This document shows, piece after piece, positions 9,044 to 17,243 of a stretch of DNA of 64,000 nt. Position numbers and translations under genes: made by a program. The stretch covers positions 66,700-130,699 of IMG/VR virus record IMGVR_UViG_3300023202_000102; one strand, given 5' to 3'. Each line of letters opens with the position of its first letter. The stretch's first letter is position 1. The stretch is from a virus (taxonomy: Duplodnaviria > Heunggongvirae > Uroviricota > Caudoviricetes). Under the pieces are notes generated by a model. It searched no databases, was not told the DNA's origin, and saw only the letters and a program-made list of their open reading frames with translations.

Positions 9044-10414
9044 ATGCCGAGCACTCTCATAAGTTCAAAGAGAACAGAAAGTATAAGAACAATGAACCGC
9101 TTTTCTGAGAGCGAAATCTCAAAACAAGAGGCATTAACAACTAAGCGTCTTTCAGACATTAGTGCTCCATTTTTATCCTATGAAACAAGACCTAAAGAAA
9201 GTCTTGTTGGACTAATGCATTGGGCTAAGAAAGTTCTTATAGGAGATGGTGACTCTAGTCAGTGGCAGTGCTACATTCATAACAAGATTAGCATGGATGG
9301 TTCTTTCATGCAGTTCTGTGAAGAGAACAGAGTTGCATTAGATCCTGTTCACTCTGATGCGATTACATCTTGGAAAGCAGACAACACTGATGATGAACAC
9401 TTTGTTGCTGTTGGTATGTTTCAGATAACAACAAAAGACTTGGCATTTTATCATTGCTCACTATTCCATAAAGGCAATCAGAATGAAGATGAAGTCTCTT
9501 ACTTCTCTGTTGTTAACAATAACGAGCTTGAAAAGTACTTGAACTTTCGCAACAAGTATGCGGAGTGGGAGAAGAAACGAGACCGTGAAAGCCTAGAGAT
9601 TGAGGTGATTGGTGGTAATCCAATTCCTTATACATTGGATCCAGATTGGAATTCCCTGTTTTTACCGGAGGATTTGAGGCAGAGGATCATCACTAGGGTT
9701 GATGGTTTTCTAAACTCTAAGGAGATCTATCAGAAGTTGGGAGTTCCATGGCGCTCCTCTTTTGGTATGTGGGGTCCACGAGGAAACGGAAAGACCTCAT
9801 GCCTGCGCGTTATCATGGCTCAGTATCCTCAGCTCAAGCCAGTAACAATCCAGCCAGGCCACAGTTCTCCTGATGAGATTCTTGGCGAGGCATTTGAGTA
9901 TGCAGCAGAGCACGCACCATCCCTTCTGTTCTTTGAGGATTTGCAGGAACTGATTGGTACTGTAGACATGAGGCATCTGCTTCAGCTGTTAGACGGTTTG
10001 CAGAAGCTTGATGGCATTCTAACTATTGTTACTGGTAACGATTTCTCAAATCTAGAACAGAACTTGAAGAGTCGTCCTAGAAGATTTGATGCATTCTTTG
10101 AGTTTCCACTACCAGATGTTGAACAATGTAAGAAGTATTTAGCAAAGCATTTTGCTGATATAGTATCAGATACTAAGATAGAACAGATGGCAAAGACCGC
10201 AGTGAAAAAGAAGTTCACTTATGCACACTTGCAAGAGGTTTACTTCAACGCTGTGTTTATTGCTATTCCTGAAGGTCGAGAAGTCCCTAACGAATCAGAT
10301 ATAGATTTGTCTTTGACTCAGGTCATTGCGGAGAAGAACTCTGCTGATGCTGATTTCACTGAGGAAAAGCGAGACTTGACCGATGATGTTGAAGAAGAAA
10401 GTGAAGGTTTGTAA
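9044..10414 (+). CDS. AAA+ ATPase
   Basis: GPRGNGKT Walker A, LLFFEDL Walker B, TGN sensor 1, SRPRRFD arginine finger. Confidence 0.85.
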   Translation: MPSTLISSKRTESIRTMNRFSESEISKQEALTTKRLSDISAPFLSYETRPKESLVGLMHWAKKVLIGDGDSSQWQCYIHNKISMDGSFMQFCEENRVALDPVHSDAITSWKADNTDDEHFVAVGMFQITTKDLAFYHCSLFHKGNQNEDEVSYFSVVNNNELEKYLNFRNKYAEWEKKRDRESLEIEVIGGNPIPYTLDPDWNSLFLPEDLRQRIITRVDGFLNSKEIYQKLGVPWRSSFGMWGPRGNGKTSCLRVIMAQYPQLKPVTIQPGHSSPDEILGEAFEYAAEHAPSLLFFEDLQELIGTVDMRHLLQLLDGLQKLDGILTIVTGNDFSNLEQNLKSRPRRFDAFFEFPLPDVEQCKKYLAKHFADIVSDTKIEQMAKTAVKKKFTYAHLQEVYFNAVFIAIPEGREVPNESDIDLSLTQVIAEKNSADADFTEEKRDLTDDVEEESEGL

Positions 10415-10770
10415 TGCCGTATAAGACAAAGGGACCTACCCTAGATGATTTGAAGAAGGTCCGTGAAAAAGTTAGGCCTATTGAGGTGACAGTTGAGAGT
10501 GGTTCTCGTGAAGATCTTGAGCGTGCTTTGAGAACGTTCAAGAGAATATTCCAGAATGAGAGAGTCATTGGACAACTCAAGGAGAAGTCAACTTACGAAA
10601 AGCCAAGCGAGAAGAAGCGCAGGAAACGCCGTGAGGCCTGCAACCGTAGACTTATGGCTGAAAGAAGAGAGCGCATGATTAAGTCTGGCGAGTGGGATCG
10701 TGTACAGAAAAAGAAGGCGCAACGAAAGATTATCAAGGAAGAGAAGCGAGCCGGAGTATTTGATGACTGA
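10414..10770 (+). CDS. rpsU: ribosomal protein bS21 homolog with N- and C-terminal extensions
   Basis: IEVTV...DLERALRTFKR...YEKPSEKKRRKRREA matches the bS21 core. Confidence 0.85.
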   Translation: MPYKTKGPTLDDLKKVREKVRPIEVTVESGSREDLERALRTFKRIFQNERVIGQLKEKSTYEKPSEKKRRKRREACNRRLMAERRERMIKSGEWDRVQKKKAQRKIIKEEKRAGVFDD

Positions 10771-11725
10771 TAAACCAATGGTTAGAAGGGCACTGGAGAA
10801 TAAAACACAGCTGCCAGAGTATAAAAAGAGAGACATAGATCCACCAATGGGTGGTCGGTCTTTGCTTCATGATGAACATGGGATACCAAAGGTGTCTGCC
10901 AATCCTAAGTCAAAAGGAGATATCCCAATGATGAAAGAGATTCCTAATGAACCAGTTGCTGTTCAAGCCTCAGAGGTAGAGAACAGTGCACAGGTTTCTA
11001 TGGGAGTTCCGCGTCGAGGAGCGCCAGTAACTTCAGAGAATGAAGATAAGTTCTTTCCTCCGAAGTCTAACTTCGTCAACGTTGGAGCTGTTGAGCAGTC
11101 CTGGCATTCAGAGGAGGTGACTGGAATTCCAGACGAGCCCATGATTGATAACAATGATGAGGTAGATGTTGAGTCTATGCAGGGTTCATTTCACAATGAC
11201 CTTGAGGATAATGAGACGACTCAGCTCAAAGCAGAATGGTCAAAGCGCATGGATCTTGTTAGGGCGAATGTTATTGCTGAGCTTTCTAGGGTAAGTACTT
11301 ATGATGAGTATGAGGATCTGAAGAGCAAAGTCTTTGGAAGGTCTGGAGTGATTGCTAGACTTGCAAAGCAGTTCAAAAATATCAAGGCATCTCATCGTTC
11401 CATTATCGGACCTCTAACAAATGAGTTGGTTGACTCATTGTCCATGGAGTTTCAGACTGTTGAGTCTGAGTTCGATGATGAGCCTCAGATGCAAGAAGAT
11501 CATGCCACGCCAGAAGACGTGGCAAAGGCCAAGTCACCAGCGTTTGACCTTCAAGAAGGTCAGTATTGTGTTATTGTTAGGGGAGTTCCGGTCAAGGTTC
11601 TTAATTCTAAGAAAGAAGCGCAGCTAGTTCTTTCTAAGATCCTTCTTGGTAACAATGTAGACTTGAAAGATGTTGAACTTATCACTAGGGTTAGTATTGA
11701 TTTTGGTGTTCTGATTGGAGATTGA
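10763..11725 (+). CDS. hypothetical protein (acidic, partly disordered)
   Basis: Long ORF; start moved to MTDKP, whose ATG overlaps the end of the bS21 gene. Confidence 0.7.
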   Translation: MTDKPMVRRALENKTQLPEYKKRDIDPPMGGRSLLHDEHGIPKVSANPKSKGDIPMMKEIPNEPVAVQASEVENSAQVSMGVPRRGAPVTSENEDKFFPPKSNFVNVGAVEQSWHSEEVTGIPDEPMIDNNDEVDVESMQGSFHNDLEDNETTQLKAEWSKRMDLVRANVIAELSRVSTYDEYEDLKSKVFGRSGVIARLAKQFKNIKASHRSIIGPLTNELVDSLSMEFQTVESEFDDEPQMQEDHATPEDVAKAKSPAFDLQEGQYCVIVRGVPVKVLNSKKEAQLVLSKILLGNNVDLKDVELITRVSIDFGVLIGD

Positions 11726-12020
11726 TATGTCTAAGCTTCAAGTAAGGTTTGGAAAGATGATTCCGGCCAATGGTTGGGCTGCTATTTATGAAAGCGATCA
11801 TTCATCAACTGCTTTACCTTTAGTTTGTTGGGCTGATATTAATGCCTGGGAAGAAAATAAAGAGGGAGTTATAAATGAGATAGACTATGGTATTGGTGGA
11901 ATGGTTGTTAGCGATGATGGTAATGTGGTTCCAGCGAGAGCTTTGTCAGGATTCAAGACTTACCAGTACGATTTAGAAGGGGCGAACGTTGACTTCGTAA
12001 CGATGAGTAATGACGGATAG
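11715..12020 (+). CDS. hypothetical protein
   Basis: About 100-aa ORF coupled to its neighbours. Confidence 0.6.
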   Translation: MEIDMSKLQVRFGKMIPANGWAAIYESDHSSTALPLVCWADINAWEENKEGVINEIDYGIGGMVVSDDGNVVPARALSGFKTYQYDLEGANVDFVTMSNDG

Positions 12021-12756
12021 AAAGGCAACAGATATACTTCTTGGCATTGAGTCAGAGCTTAAGACGCTCTCTCGAAGGCTACAGAATGTAGAGAATCTTC
12101 AGAAGCTTCTTGTCAAAAAAGCTAATGAGATTCCTTCGCCTACTCCAGCACATCATCCACAACAACACTTACCACACCCTCAGACATCTCACACTCCTGT
12201 AGAGACCAGGGCAGAAGAACATGATAGGCAGGTTCAGGAAGAACAAACCTGGGAACCAACTATCACAAGAGATAACTTTGACGCTAGACAAAAGACCAAT
12301 AGGTTTAGCGAGATGGCAGCAGAAGCCGGTGTGAAAGTAGAGGAGGACAACCCCTCCTCAATGCAGACTTTTGTTGCACGTCAATCAGAGCTTCCTCCAG
12401 ATCCAAGGGGAGAGGATTTGATTGAAGCCCCTGGGCGTTCGCCATCACGAGGACAGCGAGGCCCCAAAGGAAAGGTTTCTAAGTCTTCTGTATCACAAGT
12501 GATTACCAGAGGAGATACGCCTCTGTTTCTTGCAAACATAGAGGTGTTAGATAATACTGGGCAGATGATTAATCAGACTAGGACCAATCCAAAAGGTCGA
12601 TGGTTGATGGCTTTGGCCCCAGGAGATTATCAGGTACATGTTGTCAAACGTTTTCCTCCCGATTCTGGGAAAGAATCCATAGACACAATGTATCAGATAC
12701 AAGTACCTCCATCGGATAAACCAATGGAGCTTGACCAACTCTCATTGGGAGAGTGA
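12010..12756 (+). CDS. protein with a C-terminal transthyretin/carboxypeptidase-regulatory-like beta-sandwich
   Basis: ANIEVLDNTGQ...TRTNPKGRWLMALAPGDYQVHV pattern after a disordered N-terminal half. Confidence 0.5.
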   Translation: MTDRKATDILLGIESELKTLSRRLQNVENLQKLLVKKANEIPSPTPAHHPQQHLPHPQTSHTPVETRAEEHDRQVQEEQTWEPTITRDNFDARQKTNRFSEMAAEAGVKVEEDNPSSMQTFVARQSELPPDPRGEDLIEAPGRSPSRGQRGPKGKVSKSSVSQVITRGDTPLFLANIEVLDNTGQMINQTRTNPKGRWLMALAPGDYQVHVVKRFPPDSGKESIDTMYQIQVPPSDKPMELDQLSLGE

Positions 12757-12849
12757 CCTAGAAGGGTGGTGATAAACCAAGTGCGATTCCTGATACATAA
12801 ACTCTTCCTCTTCCATTTATAAAACGGTCGAGGCCTGAGGCAGGATCGT

Positions 12850-12887
12850 ATCAAAGGGCGGGCGTAAACCCGCCCTTTGATTTTTTT
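12850..12887 (+). terminator. intrinsic terminator
   Basis: Perfect 13-bp stem ATCAAAGGGCGGG/CCCGCCCTTTGAT, loop CGTAAA, followed by a T-tract. Confidence 0.9.
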
Positions 12888-12899
12888 AAGGAATACATC

Positions 12900-13328
12900 A
12901 TGAAGATTTATCTTGCATCGTTTTGGGAACCCGAGAACCATGGACCTGGGAGAAAGATTGGTATCTCTCCTTCTAAACCAAGAAACCTAGTCGAAGAGTG
13001 TGGCTATGATTGTGACTTTGTCTATGAGGGATTGTCACCAGAAGATGTATATTGGGATTATCATAAGGCAAAGAAGGCTGCCGGTGATGATGATTCAGCA
13101 ATGAAGAAAGCTGGAGACAACTTTGTATCTGGATACAAAGCTCGTCTTGCTGAGTTTAAGGATCTTGTTGAGAGGGAAGCGAAGAAGACAGAGTCCTCTG
13201 TTGAGGATCTAATTGGTCTTGAGGATGGTGACACACTTCTTTCTTGGGAACGTGGTGGTCACACAAGTTTCCGTGAGCACACAGCTGAATTTCTGAGGGG
13301 TTTGGGTTATGAAGTTGAAGAGCGCTAA
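12900..13328 (+). CDS. hypothetical protein (weakly DUF488-like)
   Basis: MKIYLAS...IGIS N-terminus and TLLSWE...FREHTAEFL C-terminus; AAGGA SD. Confidence 0.5.
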   Translation: MKIYLASFWEPENHGPGRKIGISPSKPRNLVEECGYDCDFVYEGLSPEDVYWDYHKAKKAAGDDDSAMKKAGDNFVSGYKARLAEFKDLVEREAKKTESSVEDLIGLEDGDTLLSWERGGHTSFREHTAEFLRGLGYEVEER

Positions 13329-13677
13329 CTCAGATTACAAGAACTTACGAAGAGTAAAACGAAGAGTCAAGCAAGCAACTCTTGAACTTCAAATGATTGA
13401 AGAGGAGCACGATGAATATCGCATTGATGGTTCTATTGAAGACATTGAAGATTGGTTTCACTCCTTACCAATTGAATCCCTAAGGGAATCTCTGAATCAA
13501 GAATATGGTCTTCCAAGAGAGAGTTACTCTCTCAAGGATATGCTTATGAAGTTTGGGCTTCAGCGTGAGTATGATAGTGTTCAGGAGAACCTTACTCAAT
13601 TAAAGCGTGAACTTTACATTGCTAAGATTGATTGTGTTCTTTCAGAGATAGAGAGGATTCAAGAGCTGAGTGACTAA
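13309..13677 (+). CDS. hypothetical coiled-coil protein
   Basis: 122-aa helical ORF. Confidence 0.6.
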   Translation: MKLKSANSDYKNLRRVKRRVKQATLELQMIEEEHDEYRIDGSIEDIEDWFHSLPIESLRESLNQEYGLPRESYSLKDMLMKFGLQREYDSVQENLTQLKRELYIAKIDCVLSEIERIQELSD

Positions 13678-13732
13678 GTACAGAGTGATAGTCAGCGATC
13701 CTCCCTGGCATACTTTACCATATGGTTTCTGA
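13670..13732 (+). pseudogene. orphaned 5' end of the MT-A70 methyltransferase gene
   Basis: GTG-T-K-Y-R-V-I-V-S-D-P-P-W then diverges and stops at TGA 13730; homologous to MSKFRVIVADCPW at 14427. Confidence 0.8.
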
Positions 13733-14434
13733 AAAAGACAACAGTTAAGAAGTTCCTATTCTGATAGGAATGAGGGTGATTTTGATTCCCTCAAAGGTCG
13801 TCAAAAAGTTTGGTGGAAATGTGATTTAGGCCATGAATGGTTAGCAACTATACGGGATCGATTAGATTCTGGAAGTGGCTGTCATGTTTGTTCCGGATAT
13901 TCTGATCAGAAGAAATGTGAATACAATAAAGACAGGACAAAGAAGAGATGTAATTATTGTAGTGATATGAAAAACGTCTCTGAGTTTAGAACCAGAAGAA
14001 GATCTGGAAGCTGGTTAAACTCAATATGTAAAAAATGTGAACAATTACAAGTTGCTCAATACAGGACAATGACACCAGAAGGTATGGTGGCCGAAATAAT
14101 TAGGCGTAAAAAATCACATTGTAAGAAAAACAATATTGAATTTGATTTAACTAAGAAGTTTGTACTTGAAAAACTTAACAATATTGATTGGAAATGTGAG
14201 CTAACCAGACTGCCAATGAGATCCACAAAATCTGATGTTAATGATAGATATCAAGGTTTTCATTTAGACTCTATATCACTTGATAGAATAAATCATGGCG
14301 GAGGTTATACAATGGATAATGTTAGGTTTGTATTAAATCAAGTTAATGTTTTTAGATCTAATGGTGATGATGATAGAATGTATAAAATAGCAGAGGCTTT
14401 ATTATCACACAGAGAAAGTAAGTGTAATGAGTAA
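13733..14434 (+). mobile_element. free-standing putative homing endonuclease: Zn ribbon plus His-Me-finger-like domain (frame extends 5' of the track ORF at 13967)
   Basis: The frame is open from 13733 and encodes KVWWKCDLGHEWLATIRDRLDSGSGCHVCSG (DUF4379-like Zn ribbon), CNYC/CKKC, then SLDRINHGGGYTMDNVRFVLNQVN; AT-rich. Confidence 0.75.
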
Positions 14435-15200
14435 ATTTAGAGTCATTGTTGCTGATTGTCCCTGGCCGTTCTCAGATAAGCTCAGGATGTCCAAGGTGAA
14501 GCGAGGAGCAGATGACAACTATGATGGCATCATGTCATTCAAGGACATCAAAGAACTTGATGTTGAGTCTCTCGCAGATGAAGATTGTGTCTTGGCTTTA
14601 TGGTGTCCATCTTCTATGCTGGTTCAAGGAATTGAGACACTAGAAACTTGGGGTTTCAAATTAAAACAGACACACATTTGGGTGAAAACAAAAAACAAAC
14701 CATTTGATTTTATCAGAAAGTATGTGTCGAGACTTTTCAGGAACCTTGCAAAAGGTGACAGATCGTATTCCGAAGGGCTGAAAGAGCTTGACAAGTTCCT
14801 TTGGGCCAAGGAGAATCAGGAAGCTGAAGAGATTGGAGATCCCGATCCTGAGGGTCCAGATAATATTCTGGCATTCGGAATGGGACACCTGTTCCGGCAA
14901 ACCCATGAGATTGTTCTCATTGGAGTTCGCGGAAAAGTACACAAGCATCAGAAGAACAAGGCCCAGCGCTCTGTTCATTTCTATCCGGTAACGAAACATT
15001 CGGCTAAACCCGAGGCGTTACAGGACATGTTGGAAGAGATATTTCCAGGCGGCAAGCGCCTGGAGATGTTTGCACGAAGGGACCGTAATGGCTGGACGTG
15101 CATTGGAAATCAATGTCCAAGCTCATATGGAGAGGACATTAATGATAGCATAAATAGGTTACAAGACCATGAGAACACTAGTACTAGACAAGCAGTATAG
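14427..15200 (+). CDS. MT-A70-family adenine methyltransferase
   Basis: RVIVADCPW, LALWC, WGFKLKQTHIWVK, GMGHLFRQTHEIVLIG, HSAKPE, RLEMFARR. Confidence 0.9.
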   Translation: MSKFRVIVADCPWPFSDKLRMSKVKRGADDNYDGIMSFKDIKELDVESLADEDCVLALWCPSSMLVQGIETLETWGFKLKQTHIWVKTKNKPFDFIRKYVSRLFRNLAKGDRSYSEGLKELDKFLWAKENQEAEEIGDPDPEGPDNILAFGMGHLFRQTHEIVLIGVRGKVHKHQKNKAQRSVHFYPVTKHSAKPEALQDMLEEIFPGGKRLEMFARRDRNGWTCIGNQCPSSYGEDINDSINRLQDHENTSTRQAV

Positions 15201-15705
15201 GCCGATCTCATTTGTTGGATACAGACGAATGATTAAGCATGTTGCCAAGGGAAAGGTAGATATTCTTTCTCGCTGGGACGGTGTGTCTTTTTATAATGGT
15301 CAGGACCTACCGGCAATTATTCGCCTGAAGAGTTACGTTAGAAAGAAGCCCTTACTTCCAAGGTTCAACTTCCGTGGTGTATTTCGTAGGGATTTCTTTA
15401 CCTGTCAGTACACTGGTGAGATTTTGCACCCATCAAAGCTCACTGTTGATCACGTTGTTCCAAGGGCTGCTGGTGGTAAATCTACCTGGGAAAACTGCGT
15501 TACTGCTTCACTTGAAGTGAATGCAGCCAAGGGTAATAGAACCCCAGAGGAGGCTGGCCTCAAGCTGCTCAATGAGCCAAAAGCTCCTAAGGATCAGCTT
15601 GCTTTGGAGTACGCTGTGATGCAGTATATTCATGATGATTGGGAGATGTATTTTCCTGGAATCGTGCGTAGGTGTCGTACCACAGGTGACAAAATAGCCT
15701 CCTAA
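15169..15705 (+). CDS. HNH endonuclease family protein
   Basis: FRRDFFTCQY...LTVDHVVPRAAGGKSTWENCV...NAAKGNRTP. Confidence 0.9.
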   Translation: MRTLVLDKQYRPISFVGYRRMIKHVAKGKVDILSRWDGVSFYNGQDLPAIIRLKSYVRKKPLLPRFNFRGVFRRDFFTCQYTGEILHPSKLTVDHVVPRAAGGKSTWENCVTASLEVNAAKGNRTPEEAGLKLLNEPKAPKDQLALEYAVMQYIHDDWEMYFPGIVRRCRTTGDKIAS

Positions 15706-15762
15706 TCAACCAGGTTACCGCCGATATAGGGATAGTTATGCATCTCTTTACGGCGGTGATCT

Positions 15763-16011
15763 ATGGTTGATTCTACATATTCAGTAAATTGTCAGGCTTG
15801 CGGAGCTGAGCATTTCCGAGAGGAACTCAAGACCGTTAAGTTTGCGGGATTTGACAGCCCCCTTACTGTCTGTGACTCCTGTGTTCAGAAGAGCGCCGAG
15901 GATTCGTTCAAGGATGCCGCCGATCTCATCAATGATATTGTGAGAATCGCGAAGTCATCTAACGATCCTGAGATTCGCCTAGAGGCTATCAAGTCTTTGC
16001 TTGGTGAGTGA
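15763..16011 (+). CDS. small Zn-ribbon protein
   Basis: CQAC...CDSC followed by a helical tail. Confidence 0.6.
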   Translation: MVDSTYSVNCQACGAEHFREELKTVKFAGFDSPLTVCDSCVQKSAEDSFKDAADLINDIVRIAKSSNDPEIRLEAIKSLLGE

Positions 16012-16424
16012 TGGCTTATTTTGACAGGAAGGATGACTATGCCTACGTCCGTTGGGCGCGGGAGGTAAAGAACAGAGACCATTGGTCATGTGTCATCTGT
16101 GCAAGACGCGGAGTTGCACTTAACTCTCACCATCTTAATGCCTGGGCAGAGTATCCAGACCAGAGATATGATGTAGATAATGGAGTGACCCTCTGTACAT
16201 TCCATCATGAAGACTTTCATGAACGGTATGGTAAAGGCAAGAATACCGCAGACCAATTCGAAGAGTATCGAGAAGTGGCCGAGGCTATTATTAAGGTAGC
16301 TAATGATGAGGCGTTCATTCAAAGCGCCTCTACAAGACTTCTTCAACAGGCTGAAAAAGATGATGCCATTGAAGCAATCTTGAAGGACATGGAAGAATAC
16401 TCTGATGGATACGAAGATAGCTGA
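16008..16424 (+). CDS. HNH endonuclease family protein
   Basis: VKNRDHWSCVIC...SHHL...DNGVTLCTFHHEDFH. Confidence 0.85.
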   Translation: MMAYFDRKDDYAYVRWAREVKNRDHWSCVICARRGVALNSHHLNAWAEYPDQRYDVDNGVTLCTFHHEDFHERYGKGKNTADQFEEYREVAEAIIKVANDEAFIQSASTRLLQQAEKDDAIEAILKDMEEYSDGYEDS

Positions 16425-17058
16425 TGAACGATGGCTGCAAGCTCTTGGATTGCTTTACCAAGCATGTGAACCACTAACACACGATTGCATACTCTATGCT
16501 GATGATATTAAAACTCAGCGAGAGAATATAGCTCATCAAACCTTTTACTGTATGCATGTAAAGGGAGCGATTGAAGACGGGATAACACCACTCTCTTATG
16601 ATGAGTGGGACAACAGAGCGCAGGCATTTGAAGTAAATGCCTCTGTGTCTGTAGCTCCTGGCATGAGTGTAGAGCCAGAGCCAGAGCCAGAGCCAGAGCA
16701 AGAAGAGATATCAGAGGAACAATCTAGGTTTATCAGGGTTGCTAAAATAGCAGCTCAGATGGTTGAGCGTGGGATGATCTCTGCTGAGCAGGTTCAGACT
16801 CAGGTTGAAGAGGGTTTGAAATGGAATGATGATGCTATCAAAATGATGGAGAATGTTATCTCAAAGATTCCAATCCCTACTGTAGCCAATAGGGTTGAGA
16901 GAACCGTTCAGCAACAATTGAACGAGGCTTTTGGTGGTGAGTATGATACTAAGACTCCTAATAAGGAGCGAGCGAAGACTGGTGGTTTTGCCGAGAAGCA
17001 ACCTATCTTTTATGACGACGTAAGAATGACAGCTTCTTACGGAAGAAGAGACGAATGA
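16405..17058 (+). CDS. hypothetical protein
   Basis: 217-aa ORF with an EPEPEPEPEQ linker. Confidence 0.7.
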   Translation: MDTKIADERWLQALGLLYQACEPLTHDCILYADDIKTQRENIAHQTFYCMHVKGAIEDGITPLSYDEWDNRAQAFEVNASVSVAPGMSVEPEPEPEPEQEEISEEQSRFIRVAKIAAQMVERGMISAEQVQTQVEEGLKWNDDAIKMMENVISKIPIPTVANRVERTVQQQLNEAFGGEYDTKTPNKERAKTGGFAEKQPIFYDDVRMTASYGRRDE

Positions 17059-17240
17059 CAAACGCAAGCAAGCCACCAAGGTCATACCCTCATAACGACT
17101 GGGATCTTTCTGATAGCAATACATACAATGAGAGAGTAAAGGAAGTAGATGTGGTTAAACCTATGCCCGGAACCTTTCCTTGGCGTGTGTTAATTATTCC
17201 TGCAATTATCTTTGCAAGCATTTATTTTCTATTGAGGTGA
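17055..17240 (+). CDS. small membrane protein
   Basis: C-terminal hydrophobic helix VLIIPAIIFASIYFLL. Confidence 0.65.
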   Translation: MTNASKPPRSYPHNDWDLSDSNTYNERVKEVDVVKPMPGTFPWRVLIIPAIIFASIYFLLR

Positions 17241-17243
17241 ACA

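Noticed and set aside
13709-14465. Group I intron in the MT-A70 gene
   Set aside because: The insert is filled by coding sequence with no room for a P3-P9 core, the upstream piece does not end in U, and the downstream gene already has a complete N-terminus, so no splicing is needed.
16673-16702. GAGCCA hexamer tandem repeat
   Set aside because: It simply encodes an EPEPEPEPEQ linker; there are no spacers, so it is not CRISPR-like.
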